Shown here: positions 1 through 5,442 of the stretch, in pieces
How positions within the stretch are numbered: the first letter of the stretch is position 1
Layout: the number at the start of each line of letters is the position of its first letter
DNA from: a virus
UHGV virus genome: UHGV-0113374
DNA length: 10,385 nucleotides
Strand: one strand, 5' to 3'
Position numbers and translations under genes: made by a program
Notes under the pieces: model-generated
The model's database searches: none
Seen by the model: the letters and a program-made list of their open reading frames with translations, nothing else
Told to the model about the DNA's origin: nothing

Positions 1-57
1 ATTCGTTCGTAATCTTCATCAGTAAAACTTGCGATTATTTGCGATATTTCACGCTTA

Positions 58-165
58 TCATTCAGAGTCAGAATCATCATCTTTATCCTGTTCTTTGTGC
101 TGATTGAGCATTTTGTTCATCTGACGAATGAATTCTTCGTCTGACCATGTATCCGCAATACTCAT
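58..165 (-). CDS. hypothetical small acidic protein (35 aa, MSIADTWSDEEFIRQ...DDDSDSE)
   Basis: ATG at 165-163 overlaps the stop of the upstream ORF (ATGA coupling); stop at 60-58; below the ORF-track size cutoff; weak SD. Confidence 0.3.
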   Translation of the reverse strand: MSIADTWSDEEFIRQMNKMLNQHKEQDKDDDSDSE

Positions 166-326
166 TGCTTAACGACCTTAATCAGTTGAGTTACCTCAAT
201 GATGTCCTCGCATAAATCCGAGTACTGAAATGGGCCGCAGTTGTGAGAGTTAGTGCGTCTGGCGAAAGCCATTCTTCTAAGCTCTTTCAGGGCTTCTTCC
301 AGTTCCTCGTAAGTTGGTTTTTTCAT
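162..326 (-). CDS. hypothetical protein (54 aa, MKKPTYEELEEALKELRR...)
   Basis: ATG at 326-324 overlaps the stop of the CIII-like ORF (ATGA); uninterrupted 54 codons; occupies the position of kil in lambda-type pL operons but I do not recognise the sequence. Confidence 0.4.
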   Translation of the reverse strand: MKKPTYEELEEALKELRRMAFARRTNSHNCGPFQYSDLCEDIIEVTQLIKVVKQ

Positions 327-493
327 GGCTGTACCTTTTGATTCAGAAACTCAACAAGACGATCCAGCAAGCTCTTAACGCGAGGTTGTTTAAAGTCTGC
401 TCCGGTTAAAATATTTTTTCGTGAATGCTGTACCGATAAAATCGGGTTGAAAGGGCGAACCGATGCCGCCCCTGCAATAGCGAACTGTTGCAT
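323..493 (-). CDS. cIII: CIII-like small protein (56 aa), putative FtsH-inhibitor family
   Basis: AAGGAG SD about 6 nt upstream of ATG 493-491; N-terminus MQQFAIAG resembles lambda CIII MQYAIAG and a central LLDRLVEFLNQ region resembles the CIII amphipathic core; sits downstream of ea10 as in lambda. Confidence 0.4.
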   Translation of the reverse strand: MQQFAIAGAASVRPFNPILSVQHSRKNILTGADFKQPRVKSLLDRLVEFLNQKVQP

Positions 494-568
494 AGGATGC
501 TCCTTCTGTTTGATTGCATAACGAAAACGCCTCGAGTGAAGCGTTATTGGTATGCGGTAAAGCCGCGC

Positions 569-937
569 TCAGGCGGCTTTGATAGTCATATCATCTGAAT
601 CAAATATTCCAGATGTGTCGATATCGGTAATTCTTATTCATTCACTACCATCCATTGGAGGCCATCCTTCCTGACCATTTCCATCATTCCAGTCGAACTC
701 ACACACAACACCATATGCATTTAAGTCGCTTGAAATTGCTATAAGCAGAGCATGTTGCGCCAGCATGATTAATACAGCATTTAATACAGAGCCGTGTTTA
801 TTGAGTCGGTATTCAGAGTCTTACCAGAAATTATTAATCTGGTGAAGTTTTTCCTCTGTCATTACGTCATGGTCGATTTCAATTTCTATTGATGCTTTCC
901 AGTCGTAATCAATGATGTATTTTTTGATGTTTGACAT
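569..937 (-). pseudogene. ea10: ea10-like gene interrupted by two in-frame stop codons (TAA at 823-821, TGA at 640-638)
   Basis: Frame from ATG 937-935 reads MSNIKKYIIDYDWKASIEIEIDHDVMTEEKLHQINNFW*DSEYRLNKHGSVLNAVLIMLAQHALLIAISSDLNAYGVVCEFDWNDGNGQEGWPPMDGSE*IRITDIDTSGIFDSDDMTIKAA*; protein-like sequence continues across both stops; no ORF of 60 aa or more in the supplied track here. Confidence 0.55.
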
Positions 938-954
938 CTGTTCATATCCTCACA

Positions 955-985
955 GATAAAAAATCGCCCTCACACTGGAGGGCAA
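955..985 (-). terminator. putative intrinsic terminator inside the pL operon
   Basis: Plus strand GCCCTC-acactg-GAGGGC hairpin (966-983) preceded by AAAAAAAT, i.e. hairpin then U-run on the minus-strand transcript. Confidence 0.4.
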
Positions 986-1078
986 AGAAGGTTTCCAATA
1001 ATCAGAACAAGTCGGCTCCTGTTTAGTTACGAGCGACATTGCTCCGTGTATTCACTCGTTGGAATGAATACACAGTGC

Positions 1079-1291
1079 TTATTCGCGAGCTTTGAGCATG
1101 GCATCAGCAATAAAGTAGGCATCATCTGCTAATTCTTTGTACTGTGGTGAATTCTGTCCACCACCAAAGGAATGTCCGTCCCATCTGCGCACTATTGCTG
1201 CCATAGCCTTAGCAGCGAAGTAATCACGTAATGTCGCATCACTTGCCATTTCTGGGCGTTTGATATCTGCTTCATAAAACTCGCACATCAT
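1079..1291 (-). CDS. hypothetical protein (69-70 aa)
   Basis: ORF track; two consecutive ATGs at 1291-1286 overlap the stop of the upstream ORF; GGAGGTGA SD immediately upstream. Confidence 0.6.
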   Translation of the reverse strand: MMCEFYEADIKRPEMASDATLRDYFAAKAMAAIVRRWDGHSFGGGQNSPQYKELADDAYFIADAMLKARE

Positions 1292-1566
1292 TCACCTCCC
1301 AGGGCCTTGCTGATGGCTGCCTTGGCTCGTTTGTATTCGGTTAACTCTCTGCCCCCTTCGTCATGCTCGTAAAGGAAGACAAGCTCTTGCAGTGCTTCAA
1401 GCAAATCAGGAGCTGCTGCTATCAGTAGCGCATCCTCCCTTTCATTTCTTGTTGCTGCTTCAATGTATGTGTCACCAATCGTCACACCATGGAACGTAGT
1501 CATCATCTCGTTGACGTTTCTAACCGTGTACTTCCATTTACCAGGCGTACCCTTAAACTCTTTCAT
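1288..1566 (-). CDS. hypothetical protein (92 aa from ATG; track ORF extends to GTG at 1572)
   Basis: ORF track 1288..1572; ATG at 1566-1564 has GAGGTGG SD at proper spacing, GTG at 1572 does not. Confidence 0.6.
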   Translation of the reverse strand: MKEFKGTPGKWKYTVRNVNEMMTTFHGVTIGDTYIEAATRNEREDALLIAAAPDLLEALQELVFLYEHDEGGRELTEYKRAKAAISKALGGE

Positions 1567-1582
1567 ATCCACCTCTGTTGTT

Positions 1583-1614
1583 TATGCCAAAAATAAAGGC
1601 CGACTATGCGGCCT
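1583..1614 (-). terminator. putative intrinsic terminator between two pL-operon genes
   Basis: Plus strand AGGCCG-actatg-CGGCCT hairpin (1597-1614) preceded by an A-rich run (CCAAAAATAA), giving hairpin plus U-tract on the minus-strand RNA. Confidence 0.4.
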
Positions 1615-1781
1615 TAAAATCCTGAATATTCGCGAAGAGATTCGATAATTTCCTCGCAGTCGATAAGTAGTTCGTCAGGTTCATCTTCTCGATTTTTAAG
1701 TGCCTCAATGTTCCCAGCTAACTGGCGAAGCATCATTGCTTGCCATTCAGGGTCGAAGCTGTCTGGTATTTCAATTTCCAT
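1614..1781 (-). CDS. hypothetical acidic protein (55 aa, MEIEIPDSFDPEWQAMMLRQ...)
   Basis: ATG 1781-1779 preceded by GAGGTGA SD; 55 codons to TAA at 1616-1614; below the track size cutoff. Confidence 0.5.
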   Translation of the reverse strand: MEIEIPDSFDPEWQAMMLRQLAGNIEALKNREDEPDELLIDCEEIIESLREYSGF

Positions 1782-1924
1782 ATTTCACCTCAAATAAGTT
1801 GTTTGCTGCGAAAGTAAATACGCTTAAGTTACCTGTTATTTATCCCACCAAGTTCCGTATCTATCTATCCAGTTACACCAATCGTCAAACCCCAGCGATT
1901 TTTGTTTGCCGCTTCGATATTTGG

Positions 1925-2107
1925 TCAGCGTACCTCTACTCCTGATGCGCCTCCATCGGGGTCAGGCGACCCATTAAAAGACTTTCTGTGCTGAATTTCG
2001 TAACGAAGCGTCTTAATCGAAACGTCCACGGCATCGGCAAAACTGATGCCTTCTTCATTGGCCAGTTCCTGAACTACTCTTTTCAGTTCATTGTCCAAAT
2101 TTTCCAT
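1925..2107 (-). CDS. hypothetical protein (60 aa from ATG; track ORF starts at upstream GTG 2131)
   Basis: ORF track 1925..2131; internal ATG at 2107-2105 preceded by a GGGGTGAGGG SD-like run. Confidence 0.5.
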   Translation of the reverse strand: MENLDNELKRVVQELANEEGISFADAVDVSIKTLRYEIQHRKSFNGSPDPDGGASGVEVR

Positions 2108-2182
2108 ACCCTCACCCCTTTGTTTATTCACCGCAGGCCACTCGACCCGCTCGATTCGTTCTGTGCGTAATGCTTGCGCCGA

Positions 2183-2320
2183 TCAGACACCCCAAACTCT
2201 GAACCACCAACGAAGAAACATGACGACTGGCGGGGTAGACAGAAGAATGGCCGCAGTGATAAGCAGACCCAAAATGACCCCCTGCACTACGAACGGGAGT
2301 TTTTCATACAGTTTTTTCAT
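2183..2320 (-). CDS. small hydrophobic membrane peptide (45 aa, MKKLYEKLPFVVQGVILGLLITAAILLSTPPVVMFLRWWFRVWGV)
   Basis: ATG 2320-2318 with AAGGAG SD 5 nt upstream; one predicted transmembrane helix; below track cutoff. Confidence 0.5.
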   Translation of the reverse strand: MKKLYEKLPFVVQGVILGLLITAAILLSTPPVVMFLRWWFRVWGV

Positions 2321-2322
2321 GG

Positions 2323-2661
2323 CTACTCCTTAAGAAGGCGCTCAAGGAATGCGCCATTACAGTCAATTACATCGATGATCTCTTTGGCTAATGAATCGAT
2401 ATCGTCGCTCGATTCGAAGTCATCCTGTGGGATGTAAAAGCCACCCTCAGTTTTAAACATAATTTCCTTGACGGTTAATGCTGCAACCTCATACATAAAG
2501 CCATAAACAATGCGTCGAGGGGTGTTATACCTGAGTCCGAGGATCTTTAATTTTTCTGACTCCTGAGTCAGCTGGTCGTATGCCTTTACCAGCTCCGCTA
2601 TCAGTCCCTTTTTCAGCTCACCACGCAGTACGTACATCCCGTTAGCCGTTTTATTTTCCAT
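2323..2661 (-). CDS. hypothetical protein (112 aa from ATG; track ORF starts at GTG 2664)
   Basis: ORF track 2323..2664; ATG at 2661-2659 overlaps the stop of the upstream Zn-ribbon ORF (TGATG), suggesting translational coupling. Confidence 0.6.
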   Translation of the reverse strand: MENKTANGMYVLRGELKKGLIAELVKAYDQLTQESEKLKILGLRYNTPRRIVYGFMYEVAALTVKEIMFKTEGGFYIPQDDFESSDDIDSLAKEIIDVIDCNGAFLERLLKE

Positions 2662-2825
2662 CACCGAACCTCACTCGCTGTTACTTTGAAATATTGCCGC
2701 CGGGCATCGCGTATCTTCTCCAGCTCGCAGTTCTTCGCTGACTGGTGATACTTGCTGATGTGGCAGACCGGAGTGCGTGGATCGAAGTCACGACCGCATA
2801 CCGGGCACTTGATGCTGTTCTTCAT
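2661..2825 (-). CDS. small zinc-ribbon-like protein (54 aa, MKNSIKCPVCGRDFDPRTPVCHISKYH...)
   Basis: ATG 2825-2823 with GAGGTGG SD, just 3' of the N stop; CPxC...C.H spacing; the track ORF 2661..2882 starts at a TTG inside N, so the internal ATG is preferred. Confidence 0.55.
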   Translation of the reverse strand: MKNSIKCPVCGRDFDPRTPVCHISKYHQSAKNCELEKIRDARRQYFKVTASEVR

Positions 2826-2833
2826 GGGCCACC

Positions 2834-3160
2834 TCAGATTAATGCGATGGATTTGCCCTTCGTTTTCTGGCGACCAACACAAGTCACACCCATTTCACTG
2901 CGTGGCTTGCTGTACCATGTGCGCTGATTCTTGCGCTCAATACGCTGCAGGTTGCTTTCAATCTGTTCGTGGTATTCAGCCAGCACCGTAAGGTCTATCG
3001 GATTCAGTGCGCTTTCTACTCGTGATTTCGGTTTGCGATTCAGCGAGAGAATAGGGCGGTTAACTGGTTTTGCGCTTACCCCAACCAACAGGGGATTTGC
3101 TGCTTTCCATTGAGCCTGTTTCTCTGCGCGACGTTCGCGGCGGCGTGTTTGTGCATCCAT
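2834..3160 (-). CDS. N: N transcription antitermination protein
   Basis: 108-aa product MDAQTRRRERRAEKQAQWKAANPLLVGVSAKPVNRPILSLNRKPKSRVESALNPIDL... matches lambda N including the arginine-rich boxB-binding N-terminus; AGGAG SD upstream; nutL upstream. Confidence 0.9.
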   Translation of the reverse strand: MDAQTRRRERRAEKQAQWKAANPLLVGVSAKPVNRPILSLNRKPKSRVESALNPIDLTVLAEYHEQIESNLQRIERKNQRTWYSKPRSEMGVTCVGRQKTKGKSIALI

Positions 3161-3428
3161 CTGGATTCTCCTGTCAGTTAGCTTTGGTGGTGTGGTGGCT
3201 GGTAGTCTAGCTCCAGCTTGTTGAGTCTCATTCGGAGGGGTATAACCGGCACCCCAGCGATTTTTCCATGCGACAACGTGCGCGTTATGGCGGCCTTATC
3301 GCCCGCGGCTCCCCATCTCGTCCACGCTATTGCTAGCGTTGGGAGCGCTTCACCGCTCAACAGTAGGTAAGCACTTGCCAGTGACTAGCTGGCTTCACCA
3401 CACCCCAAAGCCTTCTGCTTTGAATGCT

Positions 3429-3459
3429 GCCCTTCTTCAGGGCTTAATTTTTAAGAGCA
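3429..3459 (-). promoter_or_regulatory. nutL (boxB GCCCTGAAGAAGGGC plus boxA-like TGCTCTTAA on the minus strand)
   Basis: Plus strand gcccttcttcagggc (3429-3443) and ttaagagca (3451-3459) are reverse complements of lambda-type boxB and boxA; located between pL and N. Confidence 0.8.
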
Positions 3460-3498
3460 TCACCTTCATGGTGGTCAGTGCGTCCTGCTGATGGCTAG

Positions 3499-3527
3499 AT
3501 AATCACAAATTGTGTTCGTGCTGTCAA
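3499..3527 (-). promoter_or_regulatory. pL promoter (-35 TTGACA, 17-bp spacer, -10 GATTAT on the minus strand)
   Basis: Reverse complement of 3522-3527 is TTGACA and of 3499-3504 is GATTAT; overlaps the OL sites; upstream of nutL and N. Confidence 0.6.
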
Positions 3528-3562
3528 CACGAAATGTGATTGTTTTTATCACAACACGTGTT
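3502..3562. promoter_or_regulatory. OL operator: three 15-bp repressor sites (3502-3516, 3526-3540, 3548-3562)
   Basis: Sites atcacaaattgtgtt, aacacgaaatgtgat (reverse orientation) and atcacaacacgtgtt fit ATCACA-N3-YGTGTT; centre spacing 24 and 22 bp; same motif as at OR. Confidence 0.6.
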
Positions 3563-3596
3563 TTCATTGATTTTTAAGGTAATTTAATTTTCTTTG

Positions 3597-3636
3597 GGCA
3601 ACAAAAAACCCGCCGAAGCGGGTTTGATGTTTTTAA
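3597..3636 (-). terminator. intrinsic terminator downstream of cI (hairpin flanked by A-run and T-run)
   Basis: CCCGCCGAAGCGGG hairpin at 3609-3622 flanked by AAAAAA on one side and TTTGATGTTTTT on the other; lies just 3' of the cI stop. Confidence 0.6.
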
Positions 3637-3648
3637 GTGGCTGGTATA

Positions 3649-4290
3649 TCAGGAGAATTTCATCATCATCTGCACTGCTACGCCGATTATCTTGCAGTTG
3701 CCGTCGATTGGGATCAACGGATAGGCAGGGTTAAGCCCTTTCAGGTATTTGTTACCGCCATCAATGATTAGCTTCTTGAACGTGGCTTCATTAGCATCTG
3801 TCAGCTTCGCAACTACCAGGCTTCCATTAACGGCTTCCTTTCCAGTGTCGAACAGAACCAGCATACCCTCAGGAACGCTAAGGCCGGTAGGAGCTGTCAT
3901 TGAGTCGCCCTGAACCCTGAGCCAGAAGGCGTCACCGACAACGTGACAATCTGATTCATACCACTCATCCACTGCCTGAGGGTTGTACGGCTCTACGGCC
4001 TCACTCCATGCACCTGCGCTAACCCAGCTAATCAACGGAAACTTTTCCCCTGGCTTGTATTGTCCCTGATAGTTGTCGCCAAAAAGCAGTTCTGCCGGAG
4101 CGACGCCCAAAGCTTTAGCTATTACCTCTGCGTCATCAACACTAACGCTTCTGGTTCCTGATTCATAGTTGCCGATCCGAGATTGTGAAGCCCAGCCGCA
4201 AAGCTCCGCCAGAGCCTTCTGTGAAAGCCCTTTATCTTCCCGTAATCGCTTGATACGCGCGGCGATAGTTTCTGTTCTGTTCATGCGCAT
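3649..4290 (-). CDS. cI: CI-type prophage repressor (N-terminal HTH, C-terminal LexA-like S24 autopeptidase)
   Basis: 213-aa ORF; HTH region LSQKALAELCGWASQSRIGNYESG; Ala-Gly cleavage site in VSAGAW; GDSM serine motif and downstream Lys; C-terminal domain closely resembles P22 C2 and lambda CI. Confidence 0.9.
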   Translation of the reverse strand: MRMNRTETIAARIKRLREDKGLSQKALAELCGWASQSRIGNYESGTRSVSVDDAEVIAKALGVAPAELLFGDNYQGQYKPGEKFPLISWVSAGAWSEAVEPYNPQAVDEWYESDCHVVGDAFWLRVQGDSMTAPTGLSVPEGMLVLFDTGKEAVNGSLVVAKLTDANEATFKKLIIDGGNKYLKGLNPAYPLIPIDGNCKIIGVAVQMMMKFS

Positions 4291-4295
4291 TTTAT

Positions 4296-4357
4296 ATCAC
4301 ATTCCGTGGTTTAAGGCTTTACACGATTTGTGTTGACTATCAATCACAATATGTGTT
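4296..4357. promoter_or_regulatory. OR operator: three 15-bp repressor sites (4296-4310, 4320-4334, 4343-4357)
   Basis: atcacattccgtggt, tacacgatttgtgtt and atcacaatatgtgtt; centre spacing 24 and 23 bp; overlap the pR -35 and -10 and the putative pRM, mirroring lambda OR3-OR2-OR1. Confidence 0.6.
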
Positions 4358-4361
4358 TAAT
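4333..4361 (+). promoter_or_regulatory. pR promoter (-35 TTGACT, 17-bp spacer, -10 TTTAAT)
   Basis: TTGACT at 4333-4338 and TTTAAT at 4356-4361, about 35 nt upstream of the cro ATG. Confidence 0.55.
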
Positions 4362-4394
4362 AAAGACTGAGTGAACTAGCTCTTAAGGAAACCT

Positions 4395-4610
4395 ATGAAC
4401 AACATTGCCAACGAACGGAAAAAGCTTGGCATCACTCAATCTGCGTTAGCAGGCGCGTGTGGCTGGAACCAGTCCCGCTTAGCTAACTACGAGTCAGGTA
4501 TCCGGACTCCAGATTTAGAGTCGTGCCGTCGCCTGGTAAAGGCGCTGAATAAATTGGGGAGCAAGACAACGCTAGATGGCTTGTTCCCGCCGGAACACAA
4601 AGCCGCTTAA
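4395..4610 (+). CDS. cro: Cro-type repressor (HTH, 71 aa)
   Basis: AAGGAA SD then ATG 4395; HTH LGITQSALAGACGWNQSRLANYESG nearly identical in its recognition helix to CI; divergent from cI across OR. Confidence 0.8.
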   Translation: MNNIANERKKLGITQSALAGACGWNQSRLANYESGIRTPDLESCRRLVKALNKLGSKTTLDGLFPPEHKAA

Positions 4611-4618
4611 GACATTCC

Positions 4619-4650
4619 CGCTCTTACACATCCCAGCCCTGAAAAAGGGC
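4619..4650 (+). promoter_or_regulatory. nutR (boxA CGCTCTTA, boxB GCCCTGAAAAAGGGC)
   Basis: cgctcttacacatcccagccctgaaaaagggc directly after the cro stop; matches the lambda nutR arrangement. Confidence 0.8.
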
Positions 4651-4673
4651 ATCAAATTAAACCACACCTATGG

Positions 4674-4695
4674 TGTATGCATTTATTTGCATACA
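4674..4695 (+). terminator. tR1-region hairpin (TGTATGCA-tttatt-TGCATACA)
   Basis: Perfect 8-bp inverted repeat between nutR and cII, in the position of the lambda rho-dependent tR1; no U-tract, so not an intrinsic terminator. Confidence 0.4.
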
Positions 4696-4729
4696 TTCAA
4701 TCAATTGTTATCTAAGGAAATACTTACAT

Positions 4730-5008
4730 ATGCAACTTACAAGTACTCGCAAGAAAGCGAATGCAATTACAAGCAACATCCTGAATCGAATTGCTGTACG
4801 TGGTCAGCGAAAGGTTGCCGACGCGTTAGGGATTAATGAATCGCAAATTTCGCGATGGAAAGACAGCTTTATCCCAAAGATGGCCATGCTTCTGGCTGTT
4901 CTTGAATGGGGAGTTGTTGATGATGAGATGGCGAGACTTGCTCAGCAGGTGGCATCGATTCTCACAAAAGAAAAACGCCCAGCTGTTGGTAGCAGTCTGG
5001 ACGCTTAA
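4730..5008 (+). CDS. cII: CII transcriptional activator
   Basis: 92-aa product from ATG 4730 (AAGGAAA SD); ...ESQISRWKDSFIPKMAMLLAVLEWGVVDDEMARLAQQVASILT... is closely similar to lambda CII; the track ORF 4670..5008 starts at an upstream alternative codon. Confidence 0.9.
   Translation: MQLTSTRKKANAITSNILNRIAVRGQRKVADALGINESQISRWKDSFIPKMAMLLAVLEWGVVDDEMARLAQQVASILTKEKRPAVGSSLDA
4753..4766 (-). promoter_or_regulatory. putative CII-binding site of a pRE-like promoter (TTGC-N6-TTGC on the minus strand)
   Basis: Plus strand gcaattacaagcaa is the reverse complement of TTGCTTGTAATTGC, located in the first codons of cII as pRE is in lambda. Confidence 0.4.
4963..5003 (-). terminator. oop-like antisense terminator at the 3' end of cII
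   Basis: Minus-strand RNA would fold CGUCCAG-(14-nt loop)-CUGGGCG followed by UUUUUCUUUU; positioned like the lambda oop RNA terminator. Confidence 0.4.
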
Positions 5009-5042
5009 GCACACTGTGTTACGCCAAGTAACAGGAGTAATT

Positions 5043-5219
5043 ATGCCAGGACAAACCAAGCAAGTAAACACCGGCATAAAGGCCGGTGACAAGTTCGAAA
5101 CCGTATATCCATTTATCTTCGTATGCACAGATTATCAGTCTTATGACGGCAACGTGCATACCGATGAGCGCTGGATTGGCGGTTGTCACAAAAATTATGA
5201 GCCAGCCGATTGTGGTTGA
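5043..5219 (+). CDS. hypothetical Cys-containing small protein (58 aa)
   Basis: ATG 5043 preceded by AGGAG SD; the track ORF 4836..5219 is an upstream extension overlapping cII. Confidence 0.5.
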   Translation: MPGQTKQVNTGIKAGDKFETVYPFIFVCTDYQSYDGNVHTDERWIGGCHKNYEPADCG

Positions 5220-5442
5220 TCAGTGTTTTTACACCGCTGATGCTGAAGGAAAGAGAATTCTTGAGGTTCTGGCAGTGGTGGAAATGCCAGGCAACTGGCA
5301 GCGCAGAATCATTTATTCGTGCCACCTCATAGAGCCTGAAGGCAAGGAGAGGAAAGGAAGGAAGGCTTACACAGTCACCGAATCAAGGTTTTTAAAAATG
5401 TCTACTGGTTACTTCGCTGATTACGAAGTAGAGGAGGCTTAA
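5197..5442 (+). CDS. hypothetical protein (81 aa from ATG 5197; start uncertain, track ORF begins at GTG 5086)
   Basis: ORF track 5086..5442; no candidate start has a strong SD; ATG 5197 overlaps the end of the preceding ORF, which could give coupling. Confidence 0.4.
   Translation: MSQPIVVDQCFYTADAEGKRILEVLAVVEMPGNWQRRIIYSCHLIEPEGKERKGRKAYTVTESRFLKMSTGYFADYEVEEA

Noticed and set aside
1-57. Possible 5' end of a further minus-strand gene (ATG at 19-17) running off the window
   Set aside because: Only six codons are visible and there is no SD; too little sequence to call.
986-1078. 29-codon minus-strand ORF between the 70-aa gene and the ea10-like start
   Set aside because: Very short, SD too close to the ATG, and it reads through the terminator hairpin; probably non-coding.
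1463-3113. Plus-strand ORFs across the pL operon (1463..1648, 1700..1945, 1988..2170, 2091..2333, 2174..2437, 2745..2927, 2752..2991, 2931..3113)
   Set aside because: All are antisense to better-supported minus-strand genes, lack convincing RBSs and have no recognisable protein features. None looks like the lambda sieB-type gene found on the opposite strand in this operon.
3188-3206. GGTGGTGTGGTGG run considered as a Chi site
   Set aside because: Neither GCTGGTGG nor its complement is actually present.
3178-3360. 60-aa minus-strand ORF in the N leader
   Set aside because: GTG-initiated with no SD, in GC-rich leader sequence between nutL and N; more likely untranslated leader. The region itself is reported as a finding.
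4576-5219. Track ORFs 4576..4836, 4826..5128 (minus), 4836..5219 and 5113..5325 (minus) around cII
   Set aside because: They overlap nutR, tR1 or the well-supported cII and downstream ORFs in other frames or strands; the only supported coding starts are ATG 4730 (cII) and ATG 5043.
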